64,000 bases of DNA from Chrysomallon squamiferum (Eukaryota > Animalia > Mollusca), in NCBI GenBank assembly GCA_012295275.1, contig CM022665.1, positions 19,344,001 through 19,408,000 of the forward strand, written 5' to 3'. A program made the translations under genes and the position numbers. Each line of letters starts with the position of its first letter. The first letter of the stretch is position 1. The notes beneath the pieces were generated by a model that saw only the letters and a list, made by a program, of their open reading frames with translations, was not told where the DNA came from and made no database searches. Shown here one piece after another: positions 50,897 through 64,000 of this stretch.

Positions 50897-53730
50897 ATGA
50901 TGTGTAGATCAGTGGTTATTATAACCCTCTTGGCGTTTCTGACCAGTGGTGAAAAAAAAACAAATATCGTTCTTATGACAGCAGACGACCTGTGTTATGG
51001 ATATGTCCGCTGCTTCGGAAATAAGACCTCGAGGACACCCAACATTGACAGCCTCGCTTCACAGGGAGCAAAGTTGACCAAGCACCTGCAAGTGCGCGAG
51101 TATGTGTTCAACAGGCAGAACAGCTGTGGTGACAGGACGTTATGCTGTAAGATCAGGTCAGTGTAAAGGTTGCAGTGTACAGCTGCGACTGAGATTTTAC
51201 TTTACGAAGCCATAAATAACAGTAACAACAACAGCAGCAACAGCTACAATAATATGAATTTAAAACAAATAAAACAAAAATTATATTAAATAATAAATGT
51301 TTAATGACACCTACGCTAACTGAAATAATAACAATAATAATAAATTTATTGCCATATTAAAACGAAAGATTTAAAAACAAATTTTAAAAAATGAAATCAT
51401 TATCATGATTATGTTTAATCAGCTTACACTTGTTCTTTTTGTAAGGTATGACGTCCAACAGTTGACTGCAGATTATTCTATTCACAGCTAGTTCTTCAGG
51501 GATTCCAGGTAATAAAATTACCCATGCAGAAATGGCTAAACATGTTGGTTACAAAACATTGGTTATCTCCTATTACTATTGCATCAAGTTCTGTTTCTAG
51601 TAGTATTATAACAGCAACTGCTGCTGCTACAACTATTAGTTCTGTAACTACTACTACTTATATTACTTCTATTACTTCTACTGCTAAGTATTACCATACT
51701 TCTGCTAGTTTCTACTACTTGTTCTGCACATCTGGTACACTATAATTGTTATCATAATCACTGACAAACCTTTTCTCATCATATTGTGGTATTTTATAAT
51801 AATCACTCCATTTTATCTTTTTCATTATTTGTCCAGCTAATATTTTCATGGGTTTTTTCTTCTTTTTTTTCTTTCAACTTGTATCAACTTCTACTTCTGT
51901 CTGTGCATTAAACTCATAGAGTAATTCAAATATTGATTGATTTATCCTGTTCTTTATGGTTTCACTTGGTCTATACAGAAATCAATTTTTAAAATATGTG
52001 ACAAAATTACACTATCACTACCTTTACCATACTGCCACAACTAAACTGACATATTGACTTTTTGTCAGCTGTAGGTGATAACTCTGAAGCTGTCTTGATA
52101 TTGTGTTTTGCAGTGTAGGCAAATGGCATCAGGGTAGGAAAAAAAAAAACCTAAAGATAATTTTGCACATCATCCAGTGAAGCATGGATTCGACTACTTC
52201 TATGGGCTTCCACTTAAAAATATTAAGGGCTTTGGCCCAGCTGTTGTAAAATCTCTGGATCCTTACATTCATTATCACATTCTCTGTGTCTTCCTAGTTG
52301 CTCTGATTTTCTTATATCTATACCAAACTCATTATTGGTATCTCTATCTGTGTTTTATTACTATTCACCGTGTTGTTTCTGGAGGATTCATGTGTTTTAT
52401 CATCAATAATGTCAAACTGCTCAATAGCTGGGACTACAAGAAATAAAATATTGTAGAACAACTTACTCATCTTGAGACAGTTATGCAAAAATTAGTCATC
52501 AAAGGCCAAGAGTTTCTGGAGGTTCAAAATAAAGATCAAAACTGTTTCTACTTGTGATGTCACAGACACACGTTCGCACCTGTTTCTGACAGAAAGGTTT
52601 GTATTAAAAGAGAACATGGTACTTCCAGGGACTCAGTAGAAGAATGGACTGGGCTGTTGTTGAAATTTGAAATTCATTAGAACTGTTTGGCTCTAAGGAC
52701 AAACTCTGGTGTATTTTACATTAAACGGCTGAGGTCATTTTGAGGATCCAAACAAATGTAGAGAACTGCATGGTGGATATAATGGAATTTTTAAGGGTAT
52801 TTATTTGTATGTGATCTTTTATTTATGATTTGTTTGTTGGTTATTGTTTGATTTTTTTTTTTTTTTTTTTTGTGGGTGTCTTCTATTTGTTGTATCCTTT
52901 CACATCTTTGTGATGTATCTTCTTATAGTTTCCTTTTCTATGCTGAACACTGCTATATTGTTCTGTTCACAATTTATTATTATTATTATTATTAATTTGT
53001 CAGGAGGAAAGAGTCATAGGGCTGTGGATGGAGGTATTAGAGTTCTCACAGTAATAAGATGGGCAGGCAATGTATCACCAGGTTCTGTGATCGAAGACCA
53101 GTCAATCTTATGGACGTTTATGCCATAGGAGTGAAGATTCCACACTATCCAATGCAGGCCTCGTGAAGGTGCAGATTTTACAAATCAAGAACTTACTATT
53201 TTATTAATATATATTAAAATTAATAGTGTCAAGTCCTACTTCAAAAAAAAAAAAAAAAAAAAAAAGGAAAGAGAAAAAGAAAAGAAAACAAGTTAAACAA
53301 TAAACCCCAAAACTATAAGTTTAAAATGTTATTATTTTTATTTTTTCTTGTCCTATTTCATTACAGGAAAATCGGTTTGGAAGATAACCTTAAAAAACCC
53401 AGAATATTTAAATGGAAAGCAAGTTTGTAAGTTCATATGCCACTGCATAAATGCTATCACTCTTCAGCCTCCTCAACTCTACGAAATAACGTCAGATGTT
53501 TGAGAAAAACAACCAATCAAATTTACCTGAAATATACAAGAAGATGCTGGATGTTTTGAAAGACCACCAAACCCTCTTGGAGCAGATTTAAAATCCATAT
53601 ACATTTGCAAAACGTTTTTGGCGGACATAGCTTTAGCCATACTGCAATCATAATTGTCTATTTTGTTATTGCACTGACACTATATTTAAAAATGAAAAGT
53701 ATTTGAAATTTGCTTTTACTTAATGAAATA
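50897..53730 (+). pseudogene. Unprocessed steryl-sulfatase/arylsulfatase (STS/ARSD-E-like) pseudogene
   Basis: Exon relics at ~50897-51156, 51446-51570, 52114-52796, 53004-53168 and 53368-53700. Motifs: signal peptide, [35 protein letters not shown], then after a frameshift [45 protein letters not shown], a hydrophobic hairpin, GGYNGIFKGGK..DGGIRV, WK...CHC..PPQLY. Several frameshifts and in-frame TGA/TAA/TAG stops. Confidence 0.9.
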
Positions 53731-54745
53731 AAATGATCAATACTGGAAATATTAATTTGTTATTCGAGTATCAATCTGTGTATGTCATTATGTGAATGGT
53801 ATAACATAAACTTTGCGTTTAAATTTTGAAGAAAAAAACCCACCCCAAAACATCTTAATATTATTTCTTATGATTATGAAATTTTTAATACATTTTAAAT
53901 TTTTTGTTTTTTTACTATTGTGTATGTATATGTAAGCATGCATATGTGTGCTTGTATGTGCGAGCACGTTGTGCATGTGATGTGTATGCCTGCGTATACA
54001 CAATATGTGAGTGTGTGTGTGTACATTCACACAACTGACCTTTTGTTATTTTCATATCTCTTAAATTAACAAAATAGTAAATTTTAAACTGCAGATGCAC
54101 TTCATTGTCTTTTTCTGTTTTGCTTAGTATACAGCTGTTTATCATTACTCTAATGAGTGTTTATAAACAAAGAATACTATTAAATGTTACCAGGTGAGTT
54201 TTACAAATAATAAAGAATTTGTGAATATTATCAACTTGAATTTGTTATGTTTTAAACAGGATTTAATAAATAATCAAATGTTAGGTTACAGAAACATATT
54301 TTTGTATATTCCATATTAGTTTATTATATGCTGTTTGTTACCTATGCGCAGTTTGTATTTTTATGTGCGAGTGTGCATGTATGCATATATACTCTAGTAA
54401 CTCTGTGAGTAATTTATTCATATAAACTCGTACCTTTTTTTTTTATTATTAGTATACATACTATTTGTTTTTATATTTAACACATTACAAATTCAACTTT
54501 AAATGTAAGCATAAATAATCTGCTGACAGTGGATGTCAAATGAAGTTTTTACACTAAAGAATAATTAGAAAAATGACATCTTGTTAGAACTGTGTAAAAA
54601 TTTATTATTTTCAAACACTGTTTATTCATTTATCTCTAATGTCCCAATATCCCATTTCATTCCTGATAATAAGCATTTATCATTTTATGTATTTGTTTCT
54701 TTGTTTTAAAACATAAAACAATTAAAATTAAAATCCAATGCATAA

Positions 54746-55719
54746 TGTTATGGGGATCCTACCCAGATACCAGTAAATAGTAATGAACTTAAAACCTGTT
54801 AAACTGGATAGAAACCCATAACAGACATAGCACTATTTATCCAAAATCACTTATAATAGTATATAATATCTCTATAATGTATAGGCTCCAAGTTGGTTTG
54901 GCTCTAGGAATAAGATCTTAAGCATATAACTATTTAATTAGCATGCAAAAACACTACAAAATCAAGACACTCCTGAATTTCCATTAGCAGTAGCCCTGAC
55001 AATTTACAGTAGCATTGAAATAATATTTAAAACACGAAGACCTAATCACATGGTTAGTTATTAATTATAATTTATTTAATTACAAAACATATTTCTATTA
55101 CCTTTCTTTAATCAAACACAACCCTTAACTGCTAACAATTAATTAAGATGAGATTGCAACCATTTTATACACTGGTTAATTTAACTTATTATTTAATAAC
55201 AATTTGTAATACAGGATTAATACTTGTACATATCTTGATAAAAACAGTAACCTACAATTTATCCTACCAAATAATTATTATATTAGAACAGTGAAGCCAA
55301 CACTTTGCTTGTAAGATTACAGGTGACACTGTCTAAAGCATACTAGTATAATAAAGTACTAAAATAATAGCAGTGTTCACAACAAATCATATCAAAGTTA
55401 AATAAACAGAACCTTAAATTTAAAAGTACTGTTCACTATGTCCTTCTAACTATACAATCGTTCAGTGAATAAATGATCCTCTTGCCATTCAATCACATTT
55501 ATCGATGAGCTCTCCAGTCTAAGACTGCTTATGCCCAACAATCAGACCGTGTGGAGACTTGATGGCTATTATTTTCTAATTAAACAGTGGCCGTTAGAGA
55601 ACAAAAATTGATAATAATAACAACAAGCATTGGAATATCCAGTAGCAGGTGTAATTACAGCACCTGCTGTCCTAGTGGAGTACCTGTTGCCAGGTGAAAT
55701 TACTTAACTGTCCACAACA
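54746..55719. mobile_element. Possible solo LTR
   Basis: About 970 bp bounded by TGTTATGGG...TCCACAACA (TG...CA with a 7/9 inverted match), with an internal AGCAGGTG/CACCTGCT hairpin near 55645-55669. No TSD found. Confidence 0.3.
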
Positions 55720-58377
55720 ACAGCCAACACACTTAAACTACATATGCATTATGTTAAAAATTATATATATATACATACATTTCAGACTATATATTATATA
55801 GTCTGAAAATCTTATCTGACAGATAATGTTTGTTATTTATATACAGCATTTTCTTTGTTACTTCAAAACGCCGAGATAATGCGCCAGTCTTTTCTAAACA
55901 CTATGACTATGGTAACCTACCAGCACTTTGGTATGCTGAATATCAGAAAGAATAATATTATTTAATAAATTCCATTTCTCAGGACACAGTGTTTGGCATA
56001 GTTTCTAATTTACCGTGGGTCATTTCGATCTGACATACCGCATTTGTATTATTAAATAATCTTAACGCCACGATTTGCCACTAGTCGGGGCATTACTCTA
56101 AGCGTGAAAACTAGACTTTGTGCAAGTTCCGCTAGGAAATTCGATCTTTCTGATTGGACGTCGCTGAACTTCCTGTTTCTCATCAAATAGAGTGTAACAA
56201 GCATCGGTTATTATTTCATTTCTCTTGCTTTGATAAAGGTGCTTATAGAAAAAACCAAATGTCACTAGCTTGTATTGCTATTAAAATAAGTGTGCGGAAT
56301 GTTTTTTGTTTTTTGGTGGGTTTTTTTCCCGTGATGGTAATAACTATATGAAAACATATAGCTCAAGTACTACTAACAGTTTCTGTACTAAAGCTCTGGA
56401 CTGCTGTATGTTATTGAAAACAACATACTCTAGCATATTTATTGTTGTTGTTGTTGCTATAATTGTTACTGTTGTTATTGTTTTTGCCGTTATTACTATT
56501 ATAAGTAGCAGTAGTAGTAGTATCATCATTATCATCATCGTCATCATAATTATTACTGGAAGAATACTACAGCATATGGCTTAAGCTCTTTACACATGCT
56601 TTCTTTGTGGTGACCTTCAGCTGAACTCCACCTCTATACCGATTTTCCTGATTCATTAATGGAGCAAGTCTTTACTCCTTGGTTTCCAGAAAACCCAGTT
56701 CGTGGAATTCGTTCAAAGAGTACAGTAGTGTCAGTTAGTGTACCCTTCGTGCAGACATTCTGCTGTGTTTATATAATAAACTCAGTGTGTACTGGGACAC
56801 CTGTACCTTTCTATGAGGTCAGCTCTTTCGTCATTTAATGCAGTTTTCACGTCACGTAGATAAACGTGACCTGATATCCATCAGTCAGGAGTTTCTGGAA
56901 TATTAAGCCATCTGGCACTAGAACGCGAAAAATATGAAAAGAAATGTTCAGCATTAGCCATTTCAGAACACTGGTGTTATTGCGGTGCTCATTTTGTTTT
57001 TCGTCCATGTATATGATATGTGTATTCTGTTTTCAGATTAGATGTTGAAGAACTGAAATAAATCCAAAACCATTAACTCGGATATCTGGTAATCCATTCA
57101 TCTCTACACCTTACCCTATATATTCGCCTTCGCAAAAAATGAGGAAGTAAAAGCAAAGCCCATTCATATTTAATATACAATTACAAATAGCACTTTCAAC
57201 AACTGACGGCCAATTGATATGGAAATTGTGTATAAAAATACCCTCAGAGTAACAGAAGCGGTATAATGGGACATTGACATTGTAATAAATCTGCCTTAAC
57301 TATTCAGTTAGTTTTTTCATGGCATTTTGAGGCTTCCTTTGTAGTACCATCAAATGGTATGTTATTCCATTTAACCAGAAATCCCCAAGGAGGAAGTAAT
57401 GAAATATTTATTATAAACACTTTAGCGCATTTCAGATCATTTTAGTATTTCTTTGTATTTTCAACGTTACTAGATCATTCCATCATAACCTGACACTTTT
57501 GTTATAAAGCCATTGAAACCATACAAAGATAACTGGCGGGGGTGGTGATATCTAACATCTTAATAAAAAAAAAAATTAACAACATGAATACATAAATTGT
57601 TATGGGTTGTATGAAGTAGAAGCAGAAAACAAAAGGTTATTTTTATCATCAGCAGGACTGAGAAATAAAGATTTAACGAGCACTTAAGAAATCTAACTGT
57701 ATTTGTTCAATTTAAATTTAGCCTGCACGCAAATAAGAAAACCAACAGTGAATCACTGAAGATTATTATTTTCATAAATATTTTGATCGATTTCAGTTGT
57801 CATAAATAACATTTGTGGCCAGCCTATAACAGTATGTATGCGATATACATAATCTTATTGCAATAGCCTTAACGTAACATATAATTTACACCCGATTCAT
57901 ATGCATTTATTCTTATTATTTCTTGAAAAAGACATCTGCAAATGCTATCATTTTCCAGTACTCCTATTTTCAGTTTACCTTTTATATATTTATTAAATTT
58001 AAATTTATGCACTTAGCCGAAATGAAATTTGAGGCTTTCGTGTTGTCTTTTCTTCGAAATCGATACAATATTCCAGAGCTAATAATAATAATTAAAAAAA
58101 GTAACACTGATAGATGACAATGGATTCTGCTAAAGCCTAATATACGTATAAAATGTAAGTTGATAAGTTGAAAAAAAAAAAAAAAAAGCTGAGAAAGACT
58201 AACCCAAAAGAGAAATTTAACCTTTTCTAAATATCATCTCTCCTGCATCTTCAAAACTGAATTTAAAATAATTAAATGAAAATGGCATCGTAGGAATGTC
58301 CGCCACTCTCCCCCACAAAACTACATAAACAAGTAAGATCCACAGCGATAGTTACCCACATCTTTTTCGTAGATGCG

Positions 58378-58382
<5 letters not shown>

Positions 58383-58467
<85 letters not shown>
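58383..58467 (+). repeat. (CT)n microsatellite
   Basis: Uninterrupted TC run of about 85 nt, followed by (TATG)n. Confidence 0.98.
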
Positions 58468-58469
<2 letters not shown>

Positions 58470-59283
58470 GTATGCATTATGTATGTATGTATGTATGTAT
58501 GTACGAATTAGATTTAATAAAACAAGTTATATTATTTCATTTCACGAAAAGCATGAGTAACGTCACGTACTTTGGTATGCTTCCGTTCAATAGTTTATAG
58601 CCATAATGTAATAAAATACCTTTATACGCTTTCACGTCAATGAAATAAATGGAATTACGTTTTCATTTATTTATTTATTTATTTATTTGCAGGTCTGTTA
58701 AAAAATATACAATTTTGTAATTATATAATTTACTTAAGATATCGATATTCATACTATAGATGGAAAGCAAGCACTTAATTTTTACCGATATAATGAATCA
58801 TACGGTAACAAATGTAACATTCTTTTGATTTGGCCTGTAAAGAATATAATATTATTGTTGTTAATAAGACTATAAAATGGAGAATATGAATCTAGAAAAA
58901 AAAGAAGAAATTAATAATGTATTTAATAATGTATGGCGAGTCATGTTTTTTTTTTTTTTTTTTAAAGAGAAGAAAAGAATTAAAAATGAATATTTAGTTA
59001 TATCAAAAACACCCACGCAAAGTTAGTTAATTCTATTGCTTCATAATTACAGAAAATGAATGTAGTCACATATGCGTGTCTGAGATTAATATGATTGAAA
59101 TTATGAATGATTTATTGATCGACTTTCTTCTGTTACAATCAAAAACTGGGTGTCAGACATGAAGAACTAAGTAGATCGAAAAAATGTAATCGCTTGTCAT
59201 ATACTGTCATCCGAATTAACAAGTACAGTCATTGTTTTCCAGCGTTTATCACACCCCTTCTCATTATCCCATATTGGGATTGC

Positions 59284-59285
<2 letters not shown>

Positions 59286-59375
<90 letters not shown>
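59286..59375 (+). repeat. (GA)n microsatellite
   Basis: Uninterrupted GA run of about 90 nt. Confidence 0.98.
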
Positions 59376-59380
<5 letters not shown>

Positions 59381-59846
59381 TGGCTGTAATCAATATTAGC
59401 ACTCTATAACAGTAAACTGTAACTGTTTATTTAATAACAATAATAATAATAATAATACATTGTGTATTATAGCCCTTATATTATAAAGAAACAAACTATT
59501 CGAAACATATCGGTTTTAAATATATTTTATTCTGTTTCGAGATACAGTAATGAATGCTGGATACAAATTAGGAAGCTTATTTCAGCAAAAGAATATGTAC
59601 AACAAAACATGGATATAATTTTCAAAATAATAAAATTAACATTCATTTTGAATGTTTTAGTTTTTCTTGCTGTTTATAAATAACATTTTAAAAATAAATC
59701 CAAGAAGTATGTACAAGTTAAAAATTAACCAACAGTTATCTGTTGGTAATGTTTGTAAGAATGAGATGCAAACTGGCTTGTAGCTTGGACTGAGAATACA
59801 CAATATAGCTGGACCGGACACTGTGTTTGACGTTTTCTGCATTGAC

Positions 59847-62281
59847 TTAGCGAGGCTTAAATAGAAAATTCACTGGTTCTGAAAAGTTCCCAAACAGATT
59901 GTAGATCACCTTAGGTTCCTTGTCACCTGGTTTAACTGACACTTTGAAATTCTGTATTAGCTGAAATATCAGTTTAAAAAAGTATATCGATAACGTTGGC
60001 GGCCTGAAATCACCATGTTCCCACACACACACATAATACGTACATATACACACCACAAACTCAAGGATAGCTGCAAGGATAGTTTGACCGGGGATTAGTA
60101 GAGATGAATTATATGATAGATTCAGCTGCAGCCACTCGACTGAATACACGGATTATAATCTGCGGAAGTAGGGTCGAAGGGCAGCCTTAGATTCCTAATC
60201 TATTCAATCCTCCCCTCACACACACAAAAAAAACCACACGACCTTGCCAAAGTTCTCTCACAGCATAACAGACACATTACACTACTCCGAGAAACAAAAT
60301 CGGATGAAGAAACAGACACAACTAGTCGGCCCCCATCTGCATCAACAGACATCGATGACCACCGTCCTAGATTGCTGATTGTCACAACCTGATACTCACA
60401 ACAACGACCAAGAGAAAACTGAGGTAAAATGAACTGAGGTAAAATGAACCGGAATGAGTACAGATATATTACAAAGAAATCCTAACAAAAGTACACTTAC
60501 AAAAAACTGATACAGTGGAACCTCGGGTTATAAGCTTAATTCGTTCCAGAACTCATTGTTTTCAGGGCTTTTTACACGGAATGATTATTGTACACGTATT
60601 TTATTTCGACTTACAATGTGGTGGAGAAGAGGAGGAAGTTACTGTTTGGAAAGCGAATCTCCTTCCATAGTAACACTGGGGAACTCTCCTTCGGCAGTTT
60701 GTTTTCGCTGTCTTTTGGCATCTGGCTCTGCTTCTTTCCGCATAAGAAACGATCAAGAGAAATTTGTTTCTTACTTTGTCGCAGAATGTTTCTGATGTGT
60801 GCCATCGCGTTATCATTCATGAAGATAAGTCTCGTCACCCATGCCTTCTCATTAGCACATCATAGGGAGTTTGTTTTTCTGGACATTATTGCGCTTAAAG
60901 ACGCGAGGATTTTGTGAATGGTAGACCAACAGTGGCTTAATCTTGCACTGGCACATAACAACAACGCAAACCTTCTCCTTCATTGTTTTATGCCCTTGTT
61001 GTGCCTTCTCTTCCTGGGTGATAAATGTCCTCTTTGGCATTTTCTTCCAGACGAGACCCGTCTCGTCGCAGTTAAAGACTTGTTGTGGAGTGTAGCCTTC
61101 CTCTCCGATAAAGTTATCAAATTTCACCTTAAACGTTTCCGCTTCTTTCTGGTTGGAACTTACAGCTTTCAGATGCCTAATAGCACTGTGAATACCCTTG
61201 TTTTTTTTTTTTTTTTTTTTTATACTTCTCAAACCAACTTCTGCTGGCTTTAAACTCGTCACTTTTAGCAGAAGCATTAGGTGATTTTGACAGCAAATCA
61301 CTGTGCAAAAGGTTAGCCTTTTCGCATGCTATTGCCTCACTAACTCTATACCCTACAAGTTGCTTTTCATTGATCCAAATTAAGAGAAGCTTTTCAACTT
61401 CATCTAAAAGTTTGGTCCTTTGCCTCATTAGTTTAGTCACACTTCTGGCCACGTTGGCTGTCTTGATTACCTCTTTTTTCTTGAAGATGGTGCAAATCGT
61501 CGACTTCGCCATACTGTAATCCCTAGCGATGTCAGACACACGAACGCCACTCTCGTGTTTTGCAATTATTTATTACTTACTTTCTACTGTGATACGTTTA
61601 TACTTTCCATCAGTATTATCGCTTTCACTTTTGGTGCCATATTGAGTAGGGTATAATAGAAAATATAAACATAAAAGCAGCACATTTTAAAAATTGCGAG
61701 CGCACAATATCAGTGCTAAAGCTACTGAGCTGCAACTGCATTTCGAAGACTAAAGGCCCTAATTCATGATATGTTTTTGCGATCATTACTTTGACCTTGG
61801 TTTTGACGTAAGCATCTATTCTTATCTTTACTAGCTGTTGACGTCAAAACCGACGTCAAAAGAAAGTTTGTGGTGGCGCGTCGCTGTAGTTCGTAACTCG
61901 GGACATTATTCGTAAACCGAGACAAAAATTGCCGAACATCACGGTTCGTAATCCGATATATTTGTGCTTTGAGGTTCCACTGTATCAATGATTCATAACA
62001 GATATTACAGAAGCCTCACATAAAGAAGTTTGGCGACAGACCTGTCAAAAGTAGTGAGAGAAAAACAGGTAGCAATGAAAAGAAATGGAAAAGAACCCTA
62101 CTCACTGCTAAGGTAAAGTTGTTGACAAATGAGGCAACGCAGAAGTTGACAACGACATGCAACAGAAAAAAAACTTGAAGACAAGTCGTTTCTTCGAGCT
62201 GGCAACCTCAACCTGATGGGGATCGACAAAGAAAGAAACACACACAGAGACATTCATACATACATTCATTCATTCAAACAT

Positions 62282-62334
<53 letters not shown>

Positions 62335-63316
62335 TAGCATACACACGTATATATATAAATTAATTAATTAAAACACATAGGGCAAAAAAAAAAAAAAAAA
62401 AAAAAAGATACATTATTTTGACAAGTACAAATACTGACTTGTTTTTTTGTTTGCAAGAAGAAACCTCTTCATATATATTATATCCTGTTTAATGAAAACA
62501 ATTCTTACACTTTTCACCGACATATAAAAATTATATTTAAATCATTATTTTGAATTTTATCTAAATAAATTTATAAAAATGAAATTCATGTTTAAATGGG
62601 TCTGTTATATTAACTGACAGAGTTAAGTAATATCGTAACAGAAAAATGGTAAAATTACGTTAGTATGCTAGCATAATTAGCTAAAACAACAGATACTTCT
62701 CAGTAAAACTTACCTTTGTGATGGACAGTATTATTTCCTGTTCAGCAAATTTTTCCCCAACACATCTTCGAATTCCAAAACCAAATGGTTTCATAGCCAT
62801 AGCAGGAATAGGACATTCTCTCACACCGTTTTCATCACGCAACCACCTTTCAGGTACAAACAATTCACAATCTTTAAAATACTTGGGATTTTTCAACAGT
62901 CGGGGATTGTTGATCATCACTGTCACCTGAAATCGCCATTATATTGAATTACAACAATATTTCTTGACATTACGTTTGATTAGCAGTAAATATTACAAAT
63001 GAAAAAAACAAAATTCATATTTTATTTCAGTAGGCATTACTCAAATGTTACTATATCAGTTATCTTTCTTTACAACAGTATTATTTAAAAAAAAATAAAA
63101 AATAAAAGTTTTTATTTATCTATGTTTGAAAAAGAAACATTTCTGATATAAAAAGAAAATATCTGAAAACGAATAAATACTTTAGATATAACATCGTATG
63201 GGCAAAGTTAACAACGCGAAGAAAGAAGTCTTACCCCTTTTGGAATGTTGTATCCTCCAAGCACCAAGTCTTTCTGTAAAATTCTTCCTGTACCAATAGG
63301 AGTTGGAAATTGCATT
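59847..63316 (-). CDS. Cytochrome P450, probably mitochondrial clan; last three coding exons (5' part beyond the right edge)
   Basis: Phase-consistent exons: 63316-63235 (R/MQFP..GRILQKDLVLGGYNIPKG), 62926-62714 (FVPERWLR; heme motif PFGFGIRRCVG; FAEQE), 59960-59847 (LIQNFKV...FLFKPR*). Clan assignment is by motif resemblance only. Confidence 0.9.
60513..61982 (-). mobile_element. Tigger (TIGD1-like) transposon, internally deleted, in the last CYP intron
   Basis: TA on both sides (60511-12, 61983-84) and TIRs CAGTGGAACCTC / GAGGTTCCACTG. The transposase from ATG ~61640 has an HTH (SDIARDYSMAKSTICTI), a CENP-B HTH (EVEKLLLIWINEKQ..FKASRSWFEKY) and QQVFNCDETGL. It then jumps to the C-terminus with the PIP-like KQISLDRFL. 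Frameshifts present. Confidence 0.93.
62286..62330 (+). repeat. (CA)n microsatellite
   Basis: Uninterrupted AC run of about 45 nt. Confidence 0.95.
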
Positions 63317-64000
63317 CTGTAAGAATCAATTAATCAATCAATATTTAATTTTAGAGTCAAATACATCATAACGATTATCATCTTTTTGTTTGGTTATAAT
63401 CATATCCTTTTCGTTGTTCTGTTTTTATTTGTAGTGAAACGTTGTTGTTGTTGTTGTTGAGGCTGAATTATTTACATTTAAAATATTAATACTGAAATTT
63501 GTCGAAATTCTTTCTTTTGGAATGGTTTTTGTTTTCCATATCTTTTTCTTTGAATTACATTAACAAATTTATGAAATCTTCTCATTTGATCTTATAAGCT
63601 ACCAAAGTATTTTAATCAACTCAGCTTGTGTTAATCGTATTTTATGAAATCAGTACTTTTCTCTTAGAGTATGAATTTAATTCTGTTTAAATTTCTACTG
63701 TCTATGTTTAAATGTTTTGGTTTTTAATTAATTTTTTATTTTTTATTTTTTTTTGATTGATTGATTTATTTATTTTTAAAGAAAAGTTTCAGTGTCATCA
63801 ATGATAACTTAGTGTGTCAGTTTTCTGAACTACAAAATTTCAAGTTTCATTTAAATAAGGTATGTTAAACGAGTTTAAAAAAGATAAAGACACCATAGAC
63901 AAATACCAATAAATAAATCATTATATGAAAAAAAAGTATTAGCAATTTGGTAAATGTGTTTAAATAAAAGAAAACTCATGAATTGTAAAGTGAAATCAAA

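Noticed and set aside
50897-53700. Several in-frame TGA codons in the sulfatase-like gene as selenocysteine or readthrough
   Set aside because: They co-occur with TAA/TAG stops, frameshifts, a deletion and a broken active-site motif. Ordinary pseudogenisation explains them.

Overview
AT-rich eukaryotic genomic DNA with spliceosomal introns. It is probably from a mollusc or other lophotrochozoan, inferred from protein divergence and repeat types. Five compact housekeeping genes were rebuilt exon by exon with splice phases checked: ESF1 (-, runs off the left edge) head-to-head with GCC1 (+), PPP1R37 (-) head-to-head with VRK1 (+), and BCS1L (-) convergent with VRK1. After these come an intron-containing steryl-/arylsulfatase pseudogene (+) and the last three exons of a probable mitochondrial-clan cytochrome P450 (-, runs off the right edge). 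Introns carry a decayed Tc1 element, two TIR-bounded Tigger/pogo elements, nested MITEs, short local duplications and microsatellites. No rRNA, tRNA, CRISPR or prokaryotic system was seen, and I cannot claim a new biological system. The best leads are: a transposon end resembling mammalian Tigger4/MER46 (possible horizontal transfer); an oversized Tigger with possible antisense cargo; a 1-nt frameshift in GCC1; a displaced copy of a VRK1 exon in its own 5' region; and short strong-context uORFs in three genes.
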